From contig JAPUHH010000034.1 of the NCBI GenBank assembly GCA_027297825.1, positions 1 through 33,508 of the forward strand: 33,508 nt of DNA. The letters run 5' to 3'. The translations under genes and the position numbers were made by a program. The notes beneath the pieces are model-generated. The model did no database searches and was not told where the DNA came from. It saw only the letters and a program-made list of their open reading frames with translations. The DNA comes from Gammaproteobacteria bacterium. GTDB lineage: Bacteria > Pseudomonadota > Gammaproteobacteria > UBA4575. Of this stretch, positions 16,741 to 25,874 are shown piece after piece. Positions within the stretch are counted from its first letter, which is position 1. Every line of letters starts with the position of its first letter.

Positions 16741-18150
16741 ATGTCCGCGAATGATGTGCTCAAGACAATCAATGATGACGAAGTTAAATTCGTTGATTTC
16801 CGATTTACCGATACCCGAGGCAAAGAGCACCATGTCTCCGTGCCGGCCCACACTATTAATGAAGAAGTCTTTCAAAGTGGCAAGATGTTTGATGGCTCAT
16901 CGATCGCCGGCTGGAAAGGTATCAATGAGTCCGACATGATTTTAATGCCAGATCCTGCTACTGCAGTGATCGATCCATTTTTTAGTGACTCTACCATGAT
17001 TTTGCGTTGCGATATCCTCGAACCTTCTACCATGGAGGGCTATGGCCGCGACCCACGCTCGGTCGGTAAACGTGCCGAAGCTTATCTGCGTTCTACGGGA
17101 ATAGCCGATACCGCATATTTTGGTCCTGAGCCTGAGTTTTTTATCTTTGATGATGTCAAATGGGGCAATGACATGGCCGGCGCATTTTATCAAACTGATT
17201 CAGACGAATCGGCATGGAACTCCGCAAAAAGTTTTGAAGATGGCAACATTGGTCATCGCCCCGGTGTTAAGGGCGGATATTTTCCAGTGCCACCTGTTGA
17301 TTCTTTACAGGATTTGCGTTCAGCAATGTGCTTGGTGCTTGAAGAAATGGGCGTGCCTGTTGAAGTGCATCACCATGAAGTGGGCACTGCCGGACAGTGT
17401 GAGATTGGTACACGTTTTAGCACGTTAACCACACGTGGTGACTGGAACCAAATTTTAAAATACGTAGTGCTTAATATGGCAGATAACTATAATAAGACCG
17501 CGACATTTATGCCCAAACCTATTGTGGGTGATAACGGTAGTGGCATGCACGTGCATATGTCTTTAGTTAGAGAGGGTGAAAACTTATTTAATGGCGACTT
17601 GTACGGCAATCTTTCACAAACTGCGCTCTACTATATTGGCGGAATTATTAAGCACGCACGTGCGATCAACGCCTTTTCTAATGCCAGCACCAATAGCTAT
17701 AAGCGTTTAGTGCCTGGCTTTGAAGCACCTGTAATGTTGGCGTATTCTGCACGTAATCGTTCGGCCTCGATTCGTATTCCGTATGAATCTAATGCCAAAG
17801 CTAGAAGAATTGAAGTGCGTTTTGGTGACAATACCGGTAACCCTTACCTTACTTTTGCAGCCATAATGATGGCGGGTCTTGACGGCATTCAAAACCAAAT
17901 TGATCCAGGTCCACCCAACGATAAAGATTTGTATGACCTACCTCCAGAAGAAGAAGCCAATATCCCAACAGTGTGTTCTTCACTAAATCAGGCATTGGAA
18001 GCTCTTGATAACGATCGTGGCTTCCTAAAAGCAGGCGGAGTTTTCACCGATGACTGTATTAATGCCTATATTGAACTGAAAATGGAAGAAGTGACTGCAC
18101 TGCGTCAGGCTACCCATCCGATTGAGTTTGAAATGTATTACAGCTGTTAA
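16741..18150 (+). CDS. glnA: glutamine synthetase, type I
   Basis: 469 aa. [20 protein letters not shown] and the adenylylation-site region [12 protein letters not shown] are classic GlnA signatures. AAGGAG Shine-Dalgarno upstream. Confidence 0.97.
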   Translation: MSANDVLKTINDDEVKFVDFRFTDTRGKEHHVSVPAHTINEEVFQSGKMFDGSSIAGWKGINESDMILMPDPATAVIDPFFSDSTMILRCDILEPSTMEGYGRDPRSVGKRAEAYLRSTGIADTAYFGPEPEFFIFDDVKWGNDMAGAFYQTDSDESAWNSAKSFEDGNIGHRPGVKGGYFPVPPVDSLQDLRSAMCLVLEEMGVPVEVHHHEVGTAGQCEIGTRFSTLTTRGDWNQILKYVVLNMADNYNKTATFMPKPIVGDNGSGMHVHMSLVREGENLFNGDLYGNLSQTALYYIGGIIKHARAINAFSNASTNSYKRLVPGFEAPVMLAYSARNRSASIRIPYESNAKARRIEVRFGDNTGNPYLTFAAIMMAGLDGIQNQIDPGPPNDKDLYDLPPEEEANIPTVCSSLNQALEALDNDRGFLKAGGVFTDDCINAYIELKMEEVTALRQATHPIEFEMYYSC

Positions 18151-18173
18151 TCACTAAGATTCGAGCATCTGGT

Positions 18174-18206
18174 CACAAAAACGCCTCTTCTTGAGGCGTT
18201 TTTGTG
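18174..18206 (+). terminator. rho-independent (bidirectional) terminator after glnA
   Basis: Perfect inverted repeat cacaaaaacgcctc-ttctt-gaggcgtttttgtg. GC-rich core stem with a T-run on the plus strand and an A-run on the other. Confidence 0.8.
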
Positions 18207-18305
18207 TAACTTAAGCCTCAAATTCACGGTCAAATTAGTTGCAGAGAGTACTATGTATATCAGTATCTCTGAGAAGGCATTTTATTAGGCTTAAGGAATT
18301 TCACA

Positions 18306-18866
18306 ATGCGTGTGAATTTATTAATGTTAGTTGTATTAGCGATTTTCGCTAGCCATGCACAGGCGCGCATTTATACTTGTGTGGATAAAGATGGCAGCAC
18401 TGTATATTCTGATATACCGCCTACGGATGCTTGTCCCAACGCAGAAGAAGTTAACATAGATGCACTTCCCGATTTAATTAGTACCAAGCCTGTAACGGTC
18501 CCAAATAACACATCACGAATTAACAGTCCCGAGCCAGAGGCTGTAGTTGGCGTGTACCAATCACTCGCAATAATCTCACCTGGGGCAGATGAAATTCTGC
18601 GCAATAATGAAGGCAAAGTACAGATTGCATTTCAAGTCTCGCCTGCTTTGAAAGCACGCAGTGGGCATCAATATGTAATTTTCCTTGGTGATAAAGAGGT
18701 ATATAAGGGTACACAGAGTAGTGTCGTGCTAGAAAATATTGATCGTGGCACACATGCGGTCAGCGCTACAGTTATTGCACGTAATGGCCGTATTATCATT
18801 AGTTCTGAATCTGTGAGGTTTACCTTGCATCGATTTTCTAGATTGCAAGGAAATGCATCTTCTTAA
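18306..18866 (+). CDS. DUF4124-like secreted protein
   Basis: 186 aa. Signal peptide MRVNLLMLVVLAIFASHAQA followed by RIYTCVDKDGSTVYSDIPP, the signature opening of DUF4124 proteins. Confidence 0.6.
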   Translation: MRVNLLMLVVLAIFASHAQARIYTCVDKDGSTVYSDIPPTDACPNAEEVNIDALPDLISTKPVTVPNNTSRINSPEPEAVVGVYQSLAIISPGADEILRNNEGKVQIAFQVSPALKARSGHQYVIFLGDKEVYKGTQSSVVLENIDRGTHAVSATVIARNGRIIISSESVRFTLHRFSRLQGNASS

Positions 18867-19113
18867 TGGTTCCGGCTCAGGAATTTCTGGCGGTTTAGGT
18901 TCTTCATCTAGCCCTTAGCGCTAAACCCCATTATGGTGCGTTTTATTCCATAATAACCTAAAGTATGCACTATAATAATGCACTACATTGAGAGTGCATA
19001 ACTTAAGTCATTGATTTAATTAGCATGTACTCCGTGAACTTTTGGATCAATTCTTGCACTTAAGTCGCTATGACAAAGCGATAAGCGATGTATTGAATCT
19101 ACAACCTTTGCTG

Positions 19114-20175
19114 ATGCCTGACATAAAACACAAAAAGATTTTAGATAACTTAGCTTTGGCGATTTTTATCGTCGATGAGGAGTTGCATCTGAACTATTTG
19201 AATCCTGCTGGCGAAGAATTTCTAAGTACTGGCGCAAGACATGCTACAAATCGGCCCATTACTGATTTTATTAGTGACATCGAGGGTGAGTTTATCCCAC
19301 ACATTCAAGACTCTATCCGAAGCGGACATCCCATCACCGAAAGAGAGGTGTCTATAAAACGCTTGGGTGGAGGTGAAATGACTATCAATTGTGTAATAAC
19401 ACCGATGCTAACGAAGGGTGAGAAGGCAACATGTTTGCTTGAAATTACGCAAGTGGACCATTTATTGCGTATTTCTCGCGAAGAGCATTTGCTGCATGAA
19501 GGCCATGCCACTCGTAATATGTTGCGTGGACTCGCGCATGAAATTAAGAACCCATTGGGTGGTTTGCGTGGAGCCGCACAGTTATTAGCCGGTGAACTTA
19601 GTGAACCAGGCTTACACGATTATACCGATGTAATTATTAGTGAGGCAGATCGACTCTGTAAATTAGTTGATCGTATGCTCGGGCCAAAAATTATGCCGGC
19701 GAAACGAAAGATTAATATTCATAACGTGTTAGAGCATGTCCGCCAATTGGCGATTGCTGAAAATCCTAGTGGAGTTATATTTAAAACGGATTACGATCCA
19801 AGCATCCCACTGTTACACGCCGACCGCGATTTGCTAGTACAAGCCACACTTAATATTGTACGTAACGGTGCGCGCGCGGTAGAGATTAATGGCGAGCTTA
19901 CGCTAAAGACACGCGTGTTACGTCAATATACAGTCGGTGACACTTGTCATCGATTAGTCGTGCAAATAAGTATTATCGACAATGGTTGTGGAATTCCCGA
20001 AGAACTAAAATCACAAGTGTTTTTCCCTATGGTTTCTGGTAGCGCGCAAGGAGTAGGTTTAGGGTTATTTATTGCGCAAAATTTAATACATCTTCATGGC
20101 GGACTTATAGAGTTTGATTCAGTTCCAAACCGCACAGAATTTCGCGTTTTGTTGCCATTAAATGGCACAAATTAA
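19114..20175 (+). CDS. glnL: nitrogen regulation sensor histidine kinase NtrB
   Basis: Sequence from ATG 19114 (MPDIKHKKILDNLALAIFIVDEELHLNYLNPAGEEF) aligns with the E. coli NtrB N-terminus. H-box GLAHEIKNPLGG, plus N and G boxes. The ORF-track start 19042 is a TTG that adds 24 unsupported residues. Confidence 0.88.
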   Translation: MPDIKHKKILDNLALAIFIVDEELHLNYLNPAGEEFLSTGARHATNRPITDFISDIEGEFIPHIQDSIRSGHPITEREVSIKRLGGGEMTINCVITPMLTKGEKATCLLEITQVDHLLRISREEHLLHEGHATRNMLRGLAHEIKNPLGGLRGAAQLLAGELSEPGLHDYTDVIISEADRLCKLVDRMLGPKIMPAKRKINIHNVLEHVRQLAIAENPSGVIFKTDYDPSIPLLHADRDLLVQATLNIVRNGARAVEINGELTLKTRVLRQYTVGDTCHRLVVQISIIDNGCGIPEELKSQVFFPMVSGSAQGVGLGLFIAQNLIHLHGGLIEFDSVPNRTEFRVLLPLNGTN

Positions 20176-20218
20176 TTCATCAATGCCAAACAAAGGAGTA
20201 AAACTAATAAACACTATT

Positions 20219-21628
20219 ATGAGTAATACAAACATTTGGGTCATTGATGATGACCAAGCTATGCGCTGGGTATTAGAGCGGGCATTTCAAAAAGCAGACA
20301 TCCCCGTCACAACATTTGAATCTGCTACAACCGCCATGCATGAACTTGAACGCCATATACCTTCAGCCATAATTACTGATGTGCGCATGCCCGGGATGGA
20401 TGGTTTTGAGTTTCTAGAACGAATTAAAACAGATTACCCTGATCTGCCGATCATTATAATGACTGCGCATTCTGATTTACAAAGTGCAGTAGGGGCTTAT
20501 CAAAAAGGAGCGTTTGAATACCTACCTAAGCCATTTGATGTGAATGAGGCCGTAGCACTCGCTAAACGCGCTTGCTTAGCTGCAAATGAACAAACTAACA
20601 AAGTCGAGCCGGTGGCGACCTCTAGAGATGAGTCGACAGCCATTATAGGCGAGTCACCCGCCATGCAAGAAGTTTTCCGCGTTATAGGCAGGCTATCCAA
20701 GTCGAATATTACCGTGCTAATTACTGGTGCATCCGGTACAGGTAAAGAATTAGTTGCGCATGCTTTACACGAAAATAGTCCGCGAGTTGATGGGCCATTT
20801 ATTGCTTTAAATATGGCAGCCATTCCGCGTGATCTACTGGAGTCGGAATTATTTGGGCATGAGAAAGGTGCATTTACGGGCGCGCAAACCTTGCGTAAGG
20901 GACGCTTTGAACAAGCGCAACAAGGCACGCTATTTTTAGATGAAATCGGCGACATGCCCGCAGATTTACAGACACGTTTGTTGCGCGTGTTATCGGATGG
21001 GCACTTTTATAGAGTCGGAGGGCACGAACCTATTAAAGCAGACGTGCGCATCGTTGCGGCTACACACCAAAATTTAGAAGCGCGAGTGCGTAATGGTGAT
21101 TTTCGTGAAGATTTATTTCATCGTCTTAATGTTATTCGTATTAATATTCCAACTTTGCATGAACGTAAGGAAGATATTCCTATTTTATTGCAACATTTTA
21201 TGCAAAGTTCTGCGCATGAATTAAAAAATGAACCGAAAAAACTTTCTAACGAAGTGGTGGAATATTTAAGCGCGTTAAAGTGGCCAGGCAATGTTCGGCA
21301 GTTAGAAAATATCTGCCGTTGGATATCCGTAATGGCTTCTGGTAAAGAAATCCATATGCAAGATTTACCAGCAGAAATGCTTAAGAATGAAATGTCGGTT
21401 GCAGAATTGGTGGATTGGCAAAGTTTGTTAGGCGAATGGGCGGATCGTGAAATGTCTAAAGGAACAAATGCTATCTTAGATAGAATATTGCCGCAGTTTG
21501 AGGCGGTTTTGATTAAGGCTGCAATGCGGAAAACGGGCGGTAAACGACAAGAAGCAGCTAAGCTTTTGGGGTGGGGTAGAAATACTTTGGCCAGAAAGAT
21601 TCAAGAGTTGGGATTGTTTAAGTCTTAA
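20219..21628 (+). CDS. glnG: nitrogen regulation response regulator NtrC (sigma-54 enhancer-binding protein)
   Basis: Sequence from ATG 20219 (MSNTNIWVIDDDQAMRWVLERAF) is collinear with E. coli NtrC. Receiver domain, AAA+ domain with GESGTGKE-like Walker A and GAFTGA loop (EKGAFTGA), and C-terminal Fis-type HTH. The start is uncertain by a few codons. Confidence 0.92.
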   Translation: MSNTNIWVIDDDQAMRWVLERAFQKADIPVTTFESATTAMHELERHIPSAIITDVRMPGMDGFEFLERIKTDYPDLPIIIMTAHSDLQSAVGAYQKGAFEYLPKPFDVNEAVALAKRACLAANEQTNKVEPVATSRDESTAIIGESPAMQEVFRVIGRLSKSNITVLITGASGTGKELVAHALHENSPRVDGPFIALNMAAIPRDLLESELFGHEKGAFTGAQTLRKGRFEQAQQGTLFLDEIGDMPADLQTRLLRVLSDGHFYRVGGHEPIKADVRIVAATHQNLEARVRNGDFREDLFHRLNVIRINIPTLHERKEDIPILLQHFMQSSAHELKNEPKKLSNEVVEYLSALKWPGNVRQLENICRWISVMASGKEIHMQDLPAEMLKNEMSVAELVDWQSLLGEWADREMSKGTNAILDRILPQFEAVLIKAAMRKTGGKRQEAAKLLGWGRNTLARKIQELGLFKS

Positions 21629-21700
21629 CAGTCTTAACTTTTGCCGAAAGCGGTCATTTCCTGGTTTTATTCTTATTCGTGTTAGTTACTCTAAGACAGC

Positions 21701-22651
21701 TTAAGTCGAGTGAACTAGTAAACTTCCAATAATTTCTCTTACATGTTGATGACTGTTTTTATCTAAGTAATCAACAATACCATCGTTAATTTTTTCGCAG
21801 CATAGTGGGTCGTAGTAAAGCCCAGTTCCAACGCCGACGGTGGTTGCTCCGGCGATGAGGAATTCAATGGCATCGGTTGCATTCACGATACCACCTTGCC
21901 CAATGATGGGGATATTGTAAGGCTTACACACTTGGTACACTTCGTGCACTTTTAATAGTGCAATCGGTTTAATAGCGGGACCGGATAGGCCGCCTTGGTT
22001 GTTATGAATAGTCGGTTGTTTAGTTTCAATATTAATGGCCATGCCCATGACGGTATTAATTACCGCAAAGGCGTCACTGCCGGCTTCGATACAAAGTTTT
22101 GCATTAAGCTTAATGTCGGTTTGATTTGGGGATAGTTTGGTAATCAGTGGCTTGCTGGTTGCGGCACGACAGGCTGCTACTACGCGAGCAGACATGTCTG
22201 GGTCATTGCCAAAGGCCACACCACCTTCTTTTACATTCGGGCAGGAAATATTTATTTCGATAGCATCAATGGGCGAGTCATCGAACCTTAGTGTAACTTC
22301 TACATATTCTTCTATGGTGGATCCTGAAACATTCGCAATAAAACGCGTTTCAGAGAAATCTAAGTTGGGTAAAATTTCATTTACCACAACGTCTACACCT
22401 GGATTTTGTAAGCCAATGGCATTCAGCATGCCATCTGGAGTTTCTGCCAGTCGATGCGGAGAATTTCCAAAACGTGGTTGTAGGGTTGTGCCTTTTAGGC
22501 ATACCGCGCCAATATCTTGATTGGAGAATCCTTCAATACGCGTATATTCTTCACCAAAGCCCACGCAACCGGACAACAACACCAGCGGTGAAGTTAGCTC
22601 TAGACCACAAAACTCAAGTTTAAGTTTATTATTATTTATTTTAAGGCTCAT
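21701..22651 (-). CDS. class 1 dihydroorotate dehydrogenase-type flavoprotein (PyrD 1B catalytic-subunit-like)
   Basis: 316 aa. Collinear with B. subtilis PyrD (SGCVGFG, TTLQPRFGNSPHRLAETPDGMLNAIGLQNPG, catalytic Cys in NISCPNV). No pyrK-like partner in the window. Confidence 0.8.
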   Translation of the reverse strand: MSLKINNNKLKLEFCGLELTSPLVLLSGCVGFGEEYTRIEGFSNQDIGAVCLKGTTLQPRFGNSPHRLAETPDGMLNAIGLQNPGVDVVVNEILPNLDFSETRFIANVSGSTIEEYVEVTLRFDDSPIDAIEINISCPNVKEGGVAFGNDPDMSARVVAACRAATSKPLITKLSPNQTDIKLNAKLCIEAGSDAFAVINTVMGMAINIETKQPTIHNNQGGLSGPAIKPIALLKVHEVYQVCKPYNIPIIGQGGIVNATDAIEFLIAGATTVGVGTGLYYDPLCCEKINDGIVDYLDKNSHQHVREIIGSLLVHST

Positions 22652-23108
22652 GTTTCACGTCGTTTTATTTGAACCGGAAATTCCACCTAATACCGGCAAC
22701 ATCATACGCCTGTGTGCCAATATGGGTTGTGATTTGCATTTAATTCATCCACTTGGTTTTAGTCTAGATGACAAAAAATTACGTAGAGCCGGGCTTGATT
22801 ATCAAGAGTGGACTACCGTTACCGAACATCAAAATTATTCAGCGATGTTAAAAAGTCTTGCGCCGCGTCGAATTTTCGCATGTTCTACTAAAGGACGCAC
22901 AAATTACGATACTCCTAATTACCAAGCGGGCGATACCTTTGTCTTTGGCCCTGAAACGCGAGGTCTTCCTGCAACAGTGTTAGAAAAATATGAGCCAAAT
23001 TATGTTGTTCGTATCCCGATGCGAAAATCCTCGCGTAGTATTAATATTGCCAATTCAGTGGGGATTATTCTCTATGAAGCGTGGCGACAAAACGCGTTTC
23101 ATAGATAA
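22650..23108 (+). CDS. trmL: tRNA (cytidine/uridine-34 2'-O)-methyltransferase TrmL
   Basis: 152 aa from the internal ATG. [26 protein letters not shown] matches the E. coli TrmL N-terminus ([26 protein letters not shown]). SPOUT C-terminal motifs are present. Confidence 0.9.
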   Translation: [152 protein letters not shown]

Positions 23109-23136
23109 AAGTAAAATGTAAGCAAATATAATGTTG

Positions 23137-24132
23137 TTAGATGAATTCTTGTTTCATATCTCGACCCAATAACTCAGACACCGCCGCCTTAAGCTCTATT
23201 TCACCGCTTAGTACTTGCCAGACTTGTTCGCAGATTGGCATCTCCACATGGTGTTCTTTTGCAATTGCATGCACGACTTGCGCCGCATGAAATCCTTCAA
23301 CCACTTGGCCTAATTCATCCATGTATTGTTGTGCGGTTTTGCCTTGTGCCAAGGCTAAGCCGAGGCGTCGATTACGAGACTGATCATCGGTACAAGTTAA
23401 GACTAAATCGCCTATGCCGGCTAAGCCCATCAGGGTTTTTGGATTCGCATGCAAGGCTTTGCCCAAGCGCATCATTTCCGCCAGCCCCCTAGTGACTAAC
23501 GCAGCGCGAGCATTTGCGCCAAAACCCAGACCATCGATAATGCCTGCTGCAATAGCCAAGACATTTTTTACGGTACCGCCTAATTCAACACCCACCACAT
23601 CATTACTAGTGTAAATACGGAAATTCTCACTATGAAAATAGCTGGCCAGCTCTTTAGCAAAATCTAGATCACTTGAGGCAAGACTGACCGCGGTCGGTAG
23701 ATTACTCGCGACCTCTTTAGCAAAAGACGGTCCGGAAAGCACTGCAGTTTTGATGTGATCTCCCAATACTTCCGTAACCACTTGATGCATCAACATCTTG
23801 CTTTGTTTTTCAAAGCCTTTGGTGGCCCAAATAAACTTTATAGGGATATCTAGCGGCACGAGCAGCTCACACACAGCGCGCATCGCATAACTCGGGATTA
23901 CCGCTAATATAAAATCTACATCTTTGATTGCAGTCGCTAAATCATGCTCCGCAGATAAGGTATCTGGGAACGGATGATCAGGAAGATAACGCGGGTTGCG
24001 TCGCTCGGATTGTAGTGAGGTAATTAAGTCTTGATCACCGTCCCAGGCGATAATCTGGTGACCATTGCGAGACAGTTGAATAGCCAGTGCTGTGCCCCAT
24101 GATCCTGTTCCTAATACTGCAGCTGTAGCCAT
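23137..24132 (-). CDS. gpsA: NAD(P)H-dependent glycerol-3-phosphate dehydrogenase
   Basis: 331 aa. N-terminal GTGSWGTALA Rossmann motif and full-length GpsA similarity. Conserved grxC-secB-gpsA context. Confidence 0.95.
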   Translation of the reverse strand: MATAAVLGTGSWGTALAIQLSRNGHQIIAWDGDQDLITSLQSERRNPRYLPDHPFPDTLSAEHDLATAIKDVDFILAVIPSYAMRAVCELLVPLDIPIKFIWATKGFEKQSKMLMHQVVTEVLGDHIKTAVLSGPSFAKEVASNLPTAVSLASSDLDFAKELASYFHSENFRIYTSNDVVGVELGGTVKNVLAIAAGIIDGLGFGANARAALVTRGLAEMMRLGKALHANPKTLMGLAGIGDLVLTCTDDQSRNRRLGLALAQGKTAQQYMDELGQVVEGFHAAQVVHAIAKEHHVEMPICEQVWQVLSGEIELKAAVSELLGRDMKQEFI

Positions 24133-24140
24133 GAATTACA

Positions 24141-24605
24141 CTAGTGTTTGATTTGGCCAGGGTTGGATTTTTGCTCTTCCACCGCATCGATATGTTGTTG
24201 GTATAAGGCATCAAAATTAACGGGATTAAGCAGCAGCTGTGGGAAGCCGCCTTTTGCAATTAACTCTGCGACGACTTCACGTGCAAAGGGAAATAGTATA
24301 TTAGGGCAATAGCTGCCTAGCAATTTACCATGTTGGTTTTTTGGGAAATTTTGCATGAGGAATATACCTGCTTGTTTTACTTCAACTAAGAAAGCGATGG
24401 TTTCATCTTGATTTGCAGTGACAGTAACGGTTACACAAACCTCAAATATATTCTTATCTAGCTTGTTGTTTTCGGTTTGAATATGAACATCTGTTTTTGG
24501 ATTCCATTTCTCTGTAAAAATTTTAGGTGAATTTGGCGTTTCAAAAGAAACATCTTTCACATAGATTTTTTGAATCTCAAATTTTTGCGCTGTTTCATTC
24601 GCCAT
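24141..24605 (-). CDS. secB: protein-export chaperone SecB
   Basis: 154 aa. FEIQKIYVKDVSFETPNSP opening and acidic C-terminus are typical of SecB. Confidence 0.93.
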   Translation of the reverse strand: MANETAQKFEIQKIYVKDVSFETPNSPKIFTEKWNPKTDVHIQTENNKLDKNIFEVCVTVTVTANQDETIAFLVEVKQAGIFLMQNFPKNQHGKLLGSYCPNILFPFAREVVAELIAKGGFPQLLLNPVNFDALYQQHIDAVEEQKSNPGQIKH

Positions 24606-24647
24606 GAGATAAAAATATTATTGGACTGCTTAGAGAATGGAGACTAT

Positions 24648-24908
24648 TTATGACGATAATAATTTGTCTAGTTTGCCATCATGGTTGAGTTCGGCAAGAT
24701 CATCAAAACCACCGACATGCAGATCGCCAATGAGTATTTGTGGAACGGATTGGCGTTTTGTACGCGTCATCATTTCTTCGCGTAATGCAGGGTCATCGTC
24801 GACATTGATTTCGGTATACTTAACCTCTTTACTATCTAGCAAACGTTTAGCTGCATTGCAGTAAGCGCATCGATTCCCAGTATAAATGGTGACCGCACTA
24901 TTACTCAT
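24648..24908 (-). CDS. grxC: glutaredoxin 3 (active site CAYC)
   Basis: 86 aa. Collinear with E. coli Grx3 (TVPQI, GG.DDL). The dithiol motif reads C-A-Y-C rather than CPYC. Confidence 0.9.
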   Translation of the reverse strand: MSNSAVTIYTGNRCAYCNAAKRLLDSKEVKYTEINVDDDPALREEMMTRTKRQSVPQILIGDLHVGGFDDLAELNHDGKLDKLLSS

Positions 24909-25330
24909 TTTTTAGTTACCGGTAGTTGATCGTTAATCCAGGCATTGATTCCACCCTTTAGGCTAAAGACTTGGGTATAATTATTTTTCAGTAATTGTTT
25001 GCTAGCTTGGGAAGATCGATTGCCCATTTTACAGAAAACTAAAATGGGTTTTTCTTTTTCAGCCGATAGACTGTCTATGTTCTGTGCAAGCACGCTTAGC
25101 GCAATATGTTTGGCGCCTATGATACTGCCCTGAGCTTGCTCATTGGCCTCACGTATATCTAGCACTAATGCATTTTGTTTGTTAATGAGTAATACGGCTT
25201 CTGCTGGGGCAATTTCCTTATAGCCTTGAGTGACTCGACGCATCTCCGTCCATAGAATGATGGCAATTACAGCTGCCAAGGCTATAAATAGATAGTAGTT
25301 TCTAGCGGCGAAATTGATGAATTCTTCCAT
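24905..25330 (-). CDS. membrane-anchored rhodanese-domain protein (YibN-like)
   Basis: 141 aa. N-terminal TM helix, rhodanese fold with active-site loop CKMGNRS. Sits in a yibN-grxC-secB-gpsA arrangement as in E. coli. Confidence 0.8.
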   Translation of the reverse strand: MEEFINFAARNYYLFIALAAVIAIILWTEMRRVTQGYKEIAPAEAVLLINKQNALVLDIREANEQAQGSIIGAKHIALSVLAQNIDSLSAEKEKPILVFCKMGNRSSQASKQLLKNNYTQVFSLKGGINAWINDQLPVTKK

Positions 25331-25413
25331 TTAGTGGCTGCTCTGAATCGAAAATAAATCGTTATGTGAAGTTTGGCATAAGTTTAATGCCAGAACAGTG
25401 AAAGGCAAATGCT

Positions 25414-25779
25414 TTAGTATTTATGTGTAGAGCAAAATACTTGCTGCATCATTTCGATTAGTTTAAGAGTACGATCATCTCCTACGCGGTAAAAAACACG
25501 ATTTGCATCTTTGCGGGATGTTAAAATGCCTTTGTCACGTAGTATGGCTAAATGTTGAGAAATGTTGCTTTGTGAGGTGCCGACACTGTCTACAATATCT
25601 TGCACGCTAATTTCGCGTTCGCCCAGGACACATAATATTTTTAGCCGTAAAGGATGTGACATGGCCTTTAAGGATCTTGAAGCCTGCTCAATATCCTCAT
25701 CACGATGGATGAGTTCTTCTGCGCTAGTACTCATAATGTCTGTGTCCAAAATATTATTAATAGTTGCTTCCATGCCCAT
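25414..25779 (-). CDS. ArsR/SmtB family regulator, YgaV/BigR/SqrR-like two-cysteine type
   Basis: 121 aa. KAMSHPLRLKILCVL and C-terminal VFCS mirror E. coli YgaV (AMSHPKRLLILCML ... VYCP). wHTH with SNISQHLAILRDKGIL. The start may be a downstream Met. Confidence 0.82.
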   Translation of the reverse strand: MGMEATINNILDTDIMSTSAEELIHRDEDIEQASRSLKAMSHPLRLKILCVLGEREISVQDIVDSVGTSQSNISQHLAILRDKGILTSRKDANRVFYRVGDDRTLKLIEMMQQVFCSTHKY

Positions 25780-25874
25780 TTTTATACATATCGTATAGGC
25801 TAATATTATAAATGTCTAATACATTAATAAAATAATATTATCAATGACTTATGTGATATTTTCGGCTTATTGTA

